This document shows positions 50,642 to 60,142 of a DNA stretch of 64,000 nucleotides, one piece after another (within the stretch, counting starts at the first letter, position 1; the number at the start of each line of letters is the position of its first letter). The notes under the pieces were generated by a model. The model did not search any database. It was given only the letters and a program-made list of their open reading frames with translations, and had not been told where the DNA came from. The DNA is taken from the NCBI GenBank assembly GCA_007376485.1, contig VMGJ01000002.1, forward strand, positions 15,134 to 79,133. The letters are read 5' to 3'. A program made the position numbers and the translations under genes. This DNA is from Parcubacteria group bacterium Licking1014_17. GTDB lineage: Bacteria; Patescibacteriota; Minisyncoccia; 2-02-FULL-40-12; IGHO2-01-FULL-4-A.

Positions 50642-50789
50642 CCGAAGCCAAACTGCCTTTGAGCAGTACAGCGAGCCAGTTTTGCTTGGTCCCCCACCAG
50701 CGTGCTGGTGGGGGAAAACTGGTGAGCTATAAGCGGAGGTTTTCGCTGGAAAAACCGTAGCATCTGCGAAAAGGCAGTTTGGCTTCGGC
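50642..50789 (-). ncRNA. Copy C of the structured RNA element, 10 nt 3' of the pilX-like gene.
   Basis: Same core as copies A and B. It has a 20-bp closing stem CCGAAGCCAAACTGCCTTT/AAAGGCAGTTTGGCTTCGG and an internal compensatory stem GGTTTT/AAAACC (GGGCTT/AAGCCC in copy A). Confidence 0.55.
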
Positions 50790-50798
50790 TATAAATTA

Positions 50799-51185
50799 TT
50801 ATTCTGGCGTGCTTATTTCAAGCGTCCTTGTTACGCCCATGTATCTGCCTGTCGCGCGGAGAGGGTTTTTCGCGCACATTGTGACGGCATCCCCCGGAGG
50901 AAACGTTTCGGTCGGAACGTTCGGGTCAAAAAGAAAATATTGGATTCCTTCAATAGACATTACTGGCGGTTCTACCGCGTCGCCGGCTTTATTGACATAA
51001 AGGCAATATTCCATGGCGGAGTCGGCGGCGTAAATAGCCGCCGACGAATACCTTACGTCGCGGGCGGTTTTGATTTTCGGAACGAATATCGCGGAGAGTT
51101 CAATCGTAATCAACATCAAGAAAGAACAGAAAAGCAGTGTTGTCAGGAGAATCGAACCTCTGTTGTTTTTTAATTTTATTCCCAT
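50799..51185 (-). CDS. PilX-like minor pilin or pilus assembly protein.
   Basis: N-terminal hydrophobic segment (RGSILLTTLLFCSFLMLITIEL) and AADSAMEYCLY, a PilX_N-like pattern. Confidence 0.5.
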   Translation of the reverse strand: MGIKLKNNRGSILLTTLLFCSFLMLITIELSAIFVPKIKTARDVRYSSAAIYAADSAMEYCLYVNKAGDAVEPPVMSIEGIQYFLFDPNVPTETFPPGDAVTMCAKNPLRATGRYMGVTRTLEISTPE

Positions 51186-51186
51186 A

Positions 51187-51738
51187 TTACTGTGACTGAA
51201 GTTGTCTTAATGAAACCGTTGTCTGAAAATTTTCAACACTGTCCGAGCCCGTTGCCCTGACCGCCCCGATTATAGTTACTCGCGGCTGATAGCTGTCGTC
51301 CGGGTCCTGCCCGAAGATGCAGAATTTCAAATCCACGACCTCAACCAAATTAAAATTAAGAATCGACGATTCGGTGACAGGACCAGCGAGCGAAGACAAA
51401 ACATCGCGATTTGCTTCGAAAGTTCCGTCGGTTTTATAATATTTCACGATTCCGTTGTCAGGATGCTGAATAGTAATTGACGACACGCAATCGCCCATCG
51501 TTGCGGGTTCCAGAATTTCGCTGACCCTGATTTCCTTTGTCATTCTTTCAATCATATAGGTCATTGTCTCCTGAACCTGCTGGGTATCAAAGGATCTTCT
51601 CTGTTCCTTGAGAGCGCTGACAAAAACGCCAGATACCACGACAATAATCGTGGCAAAAATGGTGGACGCGACCAGTATTTCAACCAGGGTGAACCCCGCA
51701 CGATTGTTCTTTTTTAATTTAACATTAATACCAGTCAT
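51187..51738 (-). CDS. Type IV minor pilin, PilW-like.
   Basis: Prepilin leader plus G|FTLVEILVAS and 183 aa. Confidence 0.6.
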   Translation of the reverse strand: MTGINVKLKKNNRAGFTLVEILVASTIFATIIVVVSGVFVSALKEQRRSFDTQQVQETMTYMIERMTKEIRVSEILEPATMGDCVSSITIQHPDNGIVKYYKTDGTFEANRDVLSSLAGPVTESSILNFNLVEVVDLKFCIFGQDPDDSYQPRVTIIGAVRATGSDSVENFQTTVSLRQLQSQ

Positions 51739-52252
51739 ATAAATGTTCCTCGGCTCTTATTTCCATCCTGTTATCGCTTTTTTCCAGCCACCAAACGGTC
51801 ACAATCACGATTTTCTCGGAACCTGATGTGCCGGTGGTTATGCTGACTTCCCTGTTATAAATTGTTTTATCACTGTTGCCGGAGTTATGAACGTAAGCGT
51901 TTAAAGATCTATTGAGATACAAAGCCGATTCTTCGGAAGCCGCCAATGGCGTTAATTCCTGCGAACTCCACGCAACCGTGTAATTCCCGTCAATAACGCG
52001 CTGGCTCGAACCGAAAGAGCCGAAATCACGCCCGGCTATCCAGTCGCTGTCGCGAAGATTCCTCACGACTTCTATGCCCTCCTGCGCCAAACCGCTGGCG
52101 ATAAACGAATGACGGGTCCTTAGGGCAATATTCCTGTTCATGGAAAAAATCGAAAACGTTCCCGCAAGCACCGTGCTGATTACGAAAGACGCCACCAGCA
52201 CTTCCATTAGCGTGAACCCCCGACTGTATTTTTTTGCCGTCCGGCTATTCAT
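51725..52252 (-). CDS. Type IV minor pilin, PilV-like.
   Basis: RG|FTLMEVLVASFV prepilin N-terminus. It overlaps the downstream gene. Confidence 0.65.
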   Translation of the reverse strand: MNSRTAKKYSRGFTLMEVLVASFVISTVLAGTFSIFSMNRNIALRTRHSFIASGLAQEGIEVVRNLRDSDWIAGRDFGSFGSSQRVIDGNYTVAWSSQELTPLAASEESALYLNRSLNAYVHNSGNSDKTIYNREVSITTGTSGSEKIVIVTVWWLEKSDNRMEIRAEEHLYDWY

Positions 52253-52256
52253 ATAG

Positions 52257-52841
52257 TTAGTTTAAAAGCTGCATCGTGCCGCCGTTGGATATAATCAAAG
52301 CGGAACACTCCCCCGCATCGGCGGCGCTGGCGCAATTTACGCTTTTGAAAACGGGACTGATGAAGTAGCGTTCTTCGGCAATAGCTGGATCGTTATCGAT
52401 AAATATTGTCGGGTTCGGCGGTTCATAAAAAACGTCGGCGGGCTTGTTGCCGGTTGGGTCTATCACCTCGAAATTTTTATTGCTGATAATTATCGTATCA
52501 ACTACGGGATCGCCGTTGTCGAAATTCCGGTTTATGCCGGCGCAGGATCCGCTCATAGGCTTTTTGGCGTACATAACATAGACTGTCTTATCGGAAAAGT
52601 GTATGCCGTAGCCGCACATAAAATCGCCCAGATAAGGGCTACCTGCCAGCGCGAAAGATTGTGCCTGCCTCAAGTCAGCCATCAGCTTATTCGCGATTTG
52701 ATGGCGGGCGGATTTATTTTTCCCGGCATCCCTGAAGTTAAAAAAAATCAAAGTCATCAGAAGAGTCATAATAGCCATCGTCGTAATCATTTCCACGAGG
52801 GTAAACCCCGACTGGCTGGTTCTTTTAAGTGGATAATCCAT
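52257..52841 (-). CDS. Type IV minor pilin, FimT/GspH-like.
   Basis: SG|FTLVEMITTMAIMTLL prepilin N-terminus. Confidence 0.65.
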   Translation of the reverse strand: MDYPLKRTSQSGFTLVEMITTMAIMTLLMTLIFFNFRDAGKNKSARHQIANKLMADLRQAQSFALAGSPYLGDFMCGYGIHFSDKTVYVMYAKKPMSGSCAGINRNFDNGDPVVDTIIISNKNFEVIDPTGNKPADVFYEPPNPTIFIDNDPAIAEERYFISPVFKSVNCASAADAGECSALIISNGGTMQLLN

Positions 52842-52973
52842 TAACTATTATTATAATTCTTTGCCTCGTACCACGCAAAAGGTTCACGTGTTAACAATAG
52901 GGATAAATCCCTAAAAATACGCAAAGCGTAATACCCCAAAGCCACGCCCGTAAAGGCGTGGTTCGGGGTTTAC

Positions 52974-53753
52974 CTACCGGAAAAAAAGGGAAACAAAATC
53001 GCGGAGCACAACACCGAGAAAAATATAGGCGATGGCGGCAACGCCCAAAAAACTGCCGAAGGGAAGACGGGTTTTCAGATTGGCTTTGCGAAAAATCAGC
53101 AATACTATGCTCGCGACGGCGCCCAGAATAAAGGCAAGATACAGCGTAATCAATCCACCCAGAACGCCGAAAATAAAACCGGCGACCGCGGCAAGTTTAA
53201 CGTCGCCTAAACCGATCCCCTTGCCCCTGGTAACAAGCCATGCCGCCAAAAGCGGAGCCGCCATGACGGCCGCCGCCAGCAGTGAATACAAACTCAACTG
53301 CCCGAAAGGGCCTGCCGTGTGGGACAGTCGCGCCAGTATTCCAAAAGCCGCCGAAATTGCGAAAAGAATGATTATCAGCGAATCCGGAATAACATAATTG
53401 AAAAAATCAATCGCCGCGATAATCAAAAAAATCTGGAAAAGAAAAATAGAATACAGCCACACCGTAAATCCGTAATCACTCAAAATAAAATACGACAACA
53501 GCCAGCCGACGGCTGATAATAACTCAACGACCGGATACGTAAGCGAAATCCGCTGCCGGCACTGCCGGCAGCGGAATCGCAATAACACAATGCTAACTAT
53601 CGGAACAAGGTCATACCATTTTATTTCCGTCCCGCATTTTGGGCATTTTGATTTTCCCCGGACGAAACTTAGCGACCGAGGCAAGCGATATATAACCGAA
53701 TTGGAAAAACTGCCGAATATTAAACCCAAAACACCCAAAACGGCATAAACCAT
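52974..53753 (-). CDS. pilD: Prepilin peptidase (A24 family) PilD.
   Basis: N-terminal Cys box (CPKCGTEI...CRQCRQRI) and polytopic membrane topology with the conserved Asp pair. Confidence 0.85.
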   Translation of the reverse strand: MVYAVLGVLGLIFGSFSNSVIYRLPRSLSFVRGKSKCPKCGTEIKWYDLVPIVSIVLLRFRCRQCRQRISLTYPVVELLSAVGWLLSYFILSDYGFTVWLYSIFLFQIFLIIAAIDFFNYVIPDSLIIILFAISAAFGILARLSHTAGPFGQLSLYSLLAAAVMAAPLLAAWLVTRGKGIGLGDVKLAAVAGFIFGVLGGLITLYLAFILGAVASIVLLIFRKANLKTRLPFGSFLGVAAIAYIFLGVVLRDFVSLFFR

Positions 53754-53769
53754 TTAGTTGGAGAAATAA

Positions 53770-54348
53770 TTACTGATTCTGACCTAAGTCAAAGATGCAA
53801 CTTGGGATTGTGGCCGGATTGCAGGTTTCTTTCAATGGGCCGCCATCAATTTTAGCCCCACCTCCCCCACTCCAAAGACTGCTGTTTATATCGGCATCTG
53901 AATTAAGCCCAGTGCTTTTCTTTTCTAATTCAGCCCAAACCTGATATTGAGTAGCGCTACCATAAGCGTAGCCATAGCATCTGCTTGTCGCACTCGTACC
54001 GGTATAGCCAGTGCATGCGCTCGCCAACGGATCCTGCGGAACTTTTGTCAGGTAAGGCGCCAGCTTGTCCATCTCGGTTTGTGTGTTATTGACAGGATAG
54101 TGGCTGTTGTCATCAAAATACTGTTCTATGGCTGTTCTCACCTGCGTGATATCGGCAATTCTCTTGGTATCCCTTGATTTCGCGCGGGCGGTGCCTAATT
54201 GCAGAAGCAATATTGTGGCTAAAATAGCAATAATGGCTATAACCACGAGAAGTTCCACCAAAGTGAAACCCTGATTCTTGTTTCTCTTCGCAAATTTTGT
54301 GAGTATTGACACTATTTTTTGGAAAACAACCTGCCGGCGGAACTTCAC
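53770..54348 (-). CDS. Major type IV pilin, PilA-like.
   Basis: Leader ...KRNKNQG|FTLVELLVVIAIIAILATILL with Glu5. The C-terminal domain has two Cys pairs. The exact start is uncertain (GTG at 54348). Confidence 0.7.
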   Translation of the reverse strand: MKFRRQVVFQKIVSILTKFAKRNKNQGFTLVELLVVIAIIAILATILLLQLGTARAKSRDTKRIADITQVRTAIEQYFDDNSHYPVNNTQTEMDKLAPYLTKVPQDPLASACTGYTGTSATSRCYGYAYGSATQYQVWAELEKKSTGLNSDADINSSLWSGGGGAKIDGGPLKETCNPATIPSCIFDLGQNQ

Positions 54349-54434
54349 GCCTCATTGCTTGAAGCCAGCCGAGCTGGATGTTTTCAGTTATTGTCTTTTA
54401 AAATTATAAGGTGCCGGCGCTAACTTTTCAAATA

Positions 54435-55643
54435 TTATCCTCCACCGACAAGGCTGTAAATAGGCATCAGAACGGCCGCCACCAGAAAAGCCACGCCGAC
54501 GCCAAGAACAACTATTATAATTGGCTCCAGAAGCTGGGACAGATTTTGGATGCTGGTTTCCGCTTCCGACTTGTAAAACTTGAATATATTTTCAAACATG
54601 TAATCGGTCTTGGCGGTTTTTTCTCCGGTTTCAATCATTGACGAAGCCAGAGGCGGAAATTCCTTGTATTTTCTGAACACCTCGGAGATGGTTCCGCCGC
54701 CTTGTACGCTTTCTTTCGCCTTAAGAAGAATATCCTTATAAACCGCGTTCCCGACCGAATCGGCGGCGATGGTAAGCCCGTTCAGTATTGGCACGCCCGC
54801 TCTAATCAGGGTTGAAAGGGTTTCGGAAATTCTCGCCAGATAAAGATTTCTCACTATAGAGCCAAAGCGGGGCATATGAATTTTTAGATTATCAAGCCGG
54901 TATTTGCCCGATTCCGTCCGTAAATAAAAGTAAATGGAAATTACAGCGGCAAGAAACAGTGTAATCAGCAGAAACGCGTTTCCGTTGATAAAATTCGACA
55001 GCCACATAAGAACTCTGGTGGTCATAGGTATTTCGGTAACGCCGGATTCCTCTATCACCACCAACAATTTGGGAATTATCGTTGTCATCATAATAATGCC
55101 CACAATGGACATTACCACGAGCACGAATGCCGGATAATAAAGCGCGCTTTTGATTTTGGACGCCAACCCGGCGCTGCGTTCCAGATAATCCGCGAGATAC
55201 ATAAGCGACCCCTGAAGTTTTCCGGAAACTTCCCCGATTTTAACCAAACTTATGTAAAGATCGTTAAAAACATAATCGTAATCCGACAGCGCCATGGACA
55301 GCGACGTTCCGCCTTCAACGGACGCGGCTATGTTCAAAATAATTTTGGCGAACGAGGCTTTCTGAGTCTGTTCCCCTAAAATCTTCAGTCCTTCCAAAAG
55401 CGGCATCCCGGCGTCAATAAGTGTTGCCAGTTGGCGCGTAAATATCACCAGATCGCGGTTGTTGGGACCCGAAAACCAACCAAGAACGTCTCTTATGAAA
55501 GCATTTTCTTTTATCTGCTCAAGGGAAACTACCGTCAGCTTTATCTGCTGGAGAGTGTTAATAGCGACGGTATCAGTCGCGGCCTCTATTTTTCCCGCTA
55601 TCAGCTTCCCCGCTTCATCTTTTGCTTTATATTTAAATTCCAT
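54435..55643 (-). CDS. pilC: Type IV pilus platform protein PilC (GspF family).
   Basis: Two T2SSF repeats and a 402-aa polytopic protein. Confidence 0.9.
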   Translation of the reverse strand: MEFKYKAKDEAGKLIAGKIEAATDTVAINTLQQIKLTVVSLEQIKENAFIRDVLGWFSGPNNRDLVIFTRQLATLIDAGMPLLEGLKILGEQTQKASFAKIILNIAASVEGGTSLSMALSDYDYVFNDLYISLVKIGEVSGKLQGSLMYLADYLERSAGLASKIKSALYYPAFVLVVMSIVGIIMMTTIIPKLLVVIEESGVTEIPMTTRVLMWLSNFINGNAFLLITLFLAAVISIYFYLRTESGKYRLDNLKIHMPRFGSIVRNLYLARISETLSTLIRAGVPILNGLTIAADSVGNAVYKDILLKAKESVQGGGTISEVFRKYKEFPPLASSMIETGEKTAKTDYMFENIFKFYKSEAETSIQNLSQLLEPIIIVVLGVGVAFLVAAVLMPIYSLVGGG

Positions 55644-55645
55644 TT

Positions 55646-57427
55646 TTATTCGATTACTTCGTCATTTTTGTTTTCGCCGCTCTCAATTTCATTGGCGACC
55701 TGCAAAAGTTCCTCAAAAGTTGAAACGCCGTTAAGCACTTTCATTACCCCGTCTTCATACATCGTTATCATTCCCTGATGCCGGGCCTCATCGCGTAATT
55801 TCTTTTCCGAAATATCAGTAAGAATCACTTTTTCCAGTTCGTCGGTCATTGCCAATGTCTCGACAATCGCTATTCTGCCTTTATATTGCTTCCCGTTGCA
55901 TTCTTTACAGCCCCCGCCCGCGCGAAAAATTTTAAAACCGTCGGCTTTCAGGTATTTCGCGCTTACATCCTTAGGCAAATTGGCGAGAACTTTTTTAATC
56001 AAAGCTTCCTCGCCGAGATTCGCTTTATCCGGAACCTTGCACGAAGAGCAAAGCCTCCGCAGCAACCTTTGGGCGACTACGAGATTCAGCGCCGGGGCGA
56101 TTAAGTATTTTTCAACACTCATATCAATAAGCCGGGGAATGACGCCGATGGTGTTGTTGGTGTGAATCGTGGACAAAACTATATGTCCCGTCAATGCCGC
56201 CTGTATCGCCAGTCCAGCTGTCTCTTTGTCTCGGATTTCACCGACCATTATCACGTCCGGGTCCTGGCGCAATATATGCCTTAGACCGCTGGCGAAAGTA
56301 TATCCGATTTCTTCATGAACCTGGGACTGGTTCACGCCGGTCACGTAATATTCTATCGGATCTTCCAGGGTGACGATGTTGATAACCTCATCGTTCATTT
56401 TGCGCAGGATTGCCGCCAATGTCGTGGATTTGCCGGAACCGGTCGGTCCGGTAATTAGAATGGAGCCGAAGGGCTTGGCGATATTTTCAAGGATGAGATT
56501 CAAATTGCGCCCTTCAAGACCCAAATCCGTCAGTTCTATGTCACCCACGAACGGATCCAGAATACGCAAAACCACTTTTTCTCCGGTTCTCGTGGGGAAA
56601 GTGGAAACGCGGAAATCAACCGTTCTGCTTCCGATGGTCGTTGAAAACCTTCCGTCCTGAGCCAATCTTGTTTCGTCAATTTTCATGTCGGATAAAACTT
56701 TAATCCGGCTTATCAGCGATGAAAGCAGGCTCGAAGGCAAAGTTAGGGAAGTTTGCAAATCGCCGTCAATTCTGAACCGCACCCTGATTTCACTGCCAAA
56801 AGGTTCGATATGGATATCGGACGCCTTATTTTCAACGGCGTATTTGACTACAATCGCGACCACTCTCGTCGCCGGCGCTTCGGCGGTTATATCCTCCAGT
56901 TTTCCCGTTTTTTCATCAATTGATAGTTCCTTATCAAGCTGGTCTTTTGAAAATGTTTCCAAAGCCCTGCCGACTTCCTGTGTCAAAGTTTTAAAATTCC
57001 TGCTCAGCGAATCGAAATCTTTCTGCCCGATGACGTATTTTTCCACGGTTACGTCCATGTCGGCGGAAATAAATTTCAGGGCTTCCATGCCTCTCGCGTT
57101 CTCCGGGTCCATTACGCCCACTTTCAATAACTGGTCCGTTTTCGCGAAAGGAACTATTTTATAGACAGAAACCAAATTATCCGGGAAATTTTTAAAAGAT
57201 TCCTTGTCTATTTCCGCGCTCGACAAATCGGCCGCCGGAAGTTGATAAAGTTCCGATTTCAATTGGAGCAGGGCTTTATCACTAATTAAATTCTTATGAA
57301 CCAGAAGCTCCCCGAAACTTTTGCCGGTATCAACGGATTCCTGTTCAATTTCGGCCGCCGCCTCCGGAGTTATGATGTTTTGGCTGACAAGAACCTCAAC
57401 AAGCAATTTTGGGGATGAAGAAGTCAT
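55646..57427 (-). CDS. pilB: Type IV pilus assembly ATPase PilB (GspE family).
   Basis: Walker A (GPTGSGKSTT), Asp box, His box, tetracysteine motif (CSSCK...CKEC) and an N-terminal GSPII_E_N domain. Confidence 0.9.
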   Translation of the reverse strand: MTSSSPKLLVEVLVSQNIITPEAAAEIEQESVDTGKSFGELLVHKNLISDKALLQLKSELYQLPAADLSSAEIDKESFKNFPDNLVSVYKIVPFAKTDQLLKVGVMDPENARGMEALKFISADMDVTVEKYVIGQKDFDSLSRNFKTLTQEVGRALETFSKDQLDKELSIDEKTGKLEDITAEAPATRVVAIVVKYAVENKASDIHIEPFGSEIRVRFRIDGDLQTSLTLPSSLLSSLISRIKVLSDMKIDETRLAQDGRFSTTIGSRTVDFRVSTFPTRTGEKVVLRILDPFVGDIELTDLGLEGRNLNLILENIAKPFGSILITGPTGSGKSTTLAAILRKMNDEVINIVTLEDPIEYYVTGVNQSQVHEEIGYTFASGLRHILRQDPDVIMVGEIRDKETAGLAIQAALTGHIVLSTIHTNNTIGVIPRLIDMSVEKYLIAPALNLVVAQRLLRRLCSSCKVPDKANLGEEALIKKVLANLPKDVSAKYLKADGFKIFRAGGGCKECNGKQYKGRIAIVETLAMTDELEKVILTDISEKKLRDEARHQGMITMYEDGVMKVLNGVSTFEELLQVANEIESGENKNDEVIE

Positions 57428-57451
57428 TACAATTTAATGGCGCACTCCCCC

Positions 57452-57721
57452 TTAGGGGGTAAACGGATTATTTTTGCCCGGCGTGCCTGGATTCACTGGA
57501 GCTTCGCCAAACATTCTTAAGTTCTTAAAAGACGCCTTGCTGAATAAGTCGTAGTCCAGGGAAAAACTTTTGAACTTCAGAAAATCGCCGCTATTCTGCA
57601 CTGGTACCTGATTGGGCTGGGTAATGAACGGTTTTAGAAACTGCAAGTAATAAAACAGACCGAATACCGCTCCCAGTAATATTATCGCCAAGCTTATGAA
57701 AGGATTTGTTCTTGAAGCCAT
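57452..57721 (-). CDS. Small membrane-anchored protein in the pilus operon (PilP-like?).
   Basis: 89 aa with one transmembrane helix, positioned between pilO and pilB. Confidence 0.3.
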   Translation of the reverse strand: MASRTNPFISLAIILLGAVFGLFYYLQFLKPFITQPNQVPVQNSGDFLKFKSFSLDYDLFSKASFKNLRMFGEAPVNPGTPGKNNPFTP

Positions 57722-57722
57722 A

Positions 57723-58253
57723 TTATTTCAGATTATAAACAACGATGGTTAAACTGGCGCTCATGGAAAGAGCCCCATCGCCCGCGCCCGAGCCCTTGGA
57801 AACTCTTATTTGGGCCACATCGGACAGCCTTAGATTTTTTTCTATATTATCCAAAAAAGATATCAAGCTGCCGTAATTGCAATACAGGTCAACGAGGACT
57901 GTTCTTTGTTCATAAGGCCCTTCCGACTGGTCATTCTGGCTGCTTATGGATATGTTGGTGAGCTGCGTACCCGATTGGGCCGCCGCTTCGTGGACGCTGA
58001 AAATAATCTGGTCGGTCTGCTCCGATTTCGGAAGCAAAACGGAAAGTTTGTCTATGCTGGCTTTATTCTGGTTGTATTTCATGTCCAGCTCGCTGAATTT
58101 CTGGTTAGCCGACTCGTAATCGGCAAGAAGGTTTTCCCGCTCGGTGATGGTTGCTTTCGCCAGTTTAATTTCATCATATTTGGGCGCCACCAAAATAAAC
58201 AACAGCACTACAGCCAGTCCGAATATTATTGATGAAATTAAACCCTTGCTCAT
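57723..58253 (-). CDS. pilO: PilO-like pilus assembly protein.
   Basis: N-terminal transmembrane helix, coiled coil and C-terminal ferredoxin-like part. Assigned from position in the pilMNO order. Confidence 0.55.
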   Translation of the reverse strand: MSKGLISSIIFGLAVVLLFILVAPKYDEIKLAKATITERENLLADYESANQKFSELDMKYNQNKASIDKLSVLLPKSEQTDQIIFSVHEAAAQSGTQLTNISISSQNDQSEGPYEQRTVLVDLYCNYGSLISFLDNIEKNLRLSDVAQIRVSKGSGAGDGALSMSASLTIVVYNLK

Positions 58254-58259
58254 AATTTT

Positions 58260-58823
58260 TTATTTCGCGCTTTTTAACAAAAAGCCGGCGGCATCTATTT
58301 TTATCACAGCGCTGAATTCAACCCTGCCCCCGGATTGCGCGCTCACGCCGTTAATAACCACATCTTTTACCGAACTGTCCCCATAAAAAGCGGCCATTTG
58401 CCTTGCCACCGTCACGAAACTGTCCGCGCTCGCGGAAAAATTTATGGATTTCTGGTCGGAATTGACATCAACCGACCCCAGAATTACCTGCGGCAGCAAA
58501 AGCTTACTGAATTTTTCAAGCCCCTGCGACCAGCTTATATGGGCGTCCAGTAGTTTGCTGACGTTAGAAAGCTGCTTGCCCACCACCACAAGCCTGGCTT
58601 CCTTGTTTTTATCGCGGTTCTTATCGATATCGCCGATTTTCGCGTTAAGTTCGTCAACTCTGCCGAAAAGATTGGCGCGGTAATTCAAAAGCACAAAATA
58701 GCCGGCGGCAACAATAAATAAAACCACAAAACCGATAACCAGATTCCTGGTTTGACCGGGAATTTCAACCTCTATCTTCCTTCGTGTCTGCGGAAGAATT
58801 TGTAATCCTCCATTATCCACCAA
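58260..58823 (-). CDS. pilN: PilN-like pilus assembly protein.
   Basis: Cytoplasmic N-terminus, transmembrane helix and periplasmic domain. Assigned from position. Confidence 0.55.
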   Translation of the reverse strand: MVDNGGLQILPQTRRKIEVEIPGQTRNLVIGFVVLFIVAAGYFVLLNYRANLFGRVDELNAKIGDIDKNRDKNKEARLVVVGKQLSNVSKLLDAHISWSQGLEKFSKLLLPQVILGSVDVNSDQKSINFSASADSFVTVARQMAAFYGDSSVKDVVINGVSAQSGGRVEFSAVIKIDAAGFLLKSAK

Positions 58824-58909
58824 TTTTTTGTTTAATTATTATTGCCCGTAATCCCGCTATAAGGTTATTTTAACAAATTCAAACGGCTTGGTTATGCACA
58901 TGTGCGGTT

Positions 58910-60004
58910 TCAAACTCCCCTCATCGCCAAGCCGACGGCCACAGCCAGCGTGGAGCTTAAATCGTTTCTCAAAGTCTCCAGCTCCGGCGCGATAACAACC
59001 CGAGCCAAAGCGTTTCCGATATCCACTGTTCCTCCAACGCCGGACCTAAAGTATTCAAGGAAACCCGGCATGCTTAATATCCCGCCGATAACGATAACTT
59101 TTGACATCTTAACGCCCCTGGAATTTTCGTAATTCTGCGCGATTCTAAGAGTTTCGGTGATGATTTTATCAACACTGGCGGAAATGACACCCGCTACGGC
59201 CGGATTATCAGGCAGTAGTCCGTTTGTTTTCTTGATATCGTCGGCTTTCGCGAAACTTGCTTTCATCGCCAGAGCGATATTTTTCGTAATTTCAAAACCG
59301 CCGAAATCTATATTCTGGTTTATTCTCTCAACGCCGTTGTCAACCAGCATGATTGCCGTCCCCTTGCTGCCGATGTTCACGATGGCAACCGGCGACAAGT
59401 CATTGCCGACCAGGGAACGTATCAGTGCGAAACTTTCCGTTTCCAACACCTTCATGTTCAGCCCCGCTTTTTTCATAATCCGCTGGTATTTTTCAATTTC
59501 GCTTTTCGGCACCGCCACCAAAAAAACTTCCACATTGGCCGGTTTCTTTTTCTCGGTTTCGGCGTCAGGAACAATTTGCCTGGATTCCCCGACTACGTTT
59601 ATTATTGACCAGTCAAGCATGACTTCGCTTACCGGAACGGGCACATATTTTCTCGCTTCAAATGAAACGGCGTTCGCAAGTTCCTCCTCGGAAACATAGG
59701 GCATGTTGATAACGGTGGAAAACGTCAGATACGACGGGATCGACAGTACTGCGTCTCTCGTCGTAATCCCCGTCCGTCTGAGAATCTCGATAATTCCTCC
59801 GGCGGCTTCGTCCTCGGACAAGCGGGGCTGTTTGGCACCGGCCGTCTGGATGGCTTCATTCATTGCTTCGCCGCTCCTGCCTACTTCTATAATTCCGTAA
59901 TTTTCCAGCTTGTAGCGGCCGGATGATTTCGACATTTCAACCACCTTGATTGAGGACGTGCCAATATCAACACCCAGTATTTTGTTGGAACCGAAGAATG
60001 ACAT
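58910..60004 (-). CDS. pilM: PilM, an actin-like ATPase of the pilus inner-membrane complex.
   Basis: ILGVDIGTSSIKVVEM phosphate-1 motif with actin/FtsA fold motifs. Confidence 0.8.
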   Translation of the reverse strand: MSFFGSNKILGVDIGTSSIKVVEMSKSSGRYKLENYGIIEVGRSGEAMNEAIQTAGAKQPRLSEDEAAGGIIEILRRTGITTRDAVLSIPSYLTFSTVINMPYVSEEELANAVSFEARKYVPVPVSEVMLDWSIINVVGESRQIVPDAETEKKKPANVEVFLVAVPKSEIEKYQRIMKKAGLNMKVLETESFALIRSLVGNDLSPVAIVNIGSKGTAIMLVDNGVERINQNIDFGGFEITKNIALAMKASFAKADDIKKTNGLLPDNPAVAGVISASVDKIITETLRIAQNYENSRGVKMSKVIVIGGILSMPGFLEYFRSGVGGTVDIGNALARVVIAPELETLRNDLSSTLAVAVGLAMRGV

Positions 60005-60142
60005 GGTTTATATCTTAATAATAACACAAGCTCTCTGAAAAATATCAACATTTTGGTATGATATGAAAAATAGCTCCCGAATTGCCGCCTCAAGACACTC
60101 CGCGAATGATTTCCCGCGGCGGCAATTTGAGAAATATAAAAC

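Noticed and set aside
54300-54348. A shorter internal start (GTG about 54309) for the major pilin, to give a canonical short leader.
   Set aside because: Neither candidate start has a convincing ribosome-binding site. The longer ORF was kept and the uncertainty noted.
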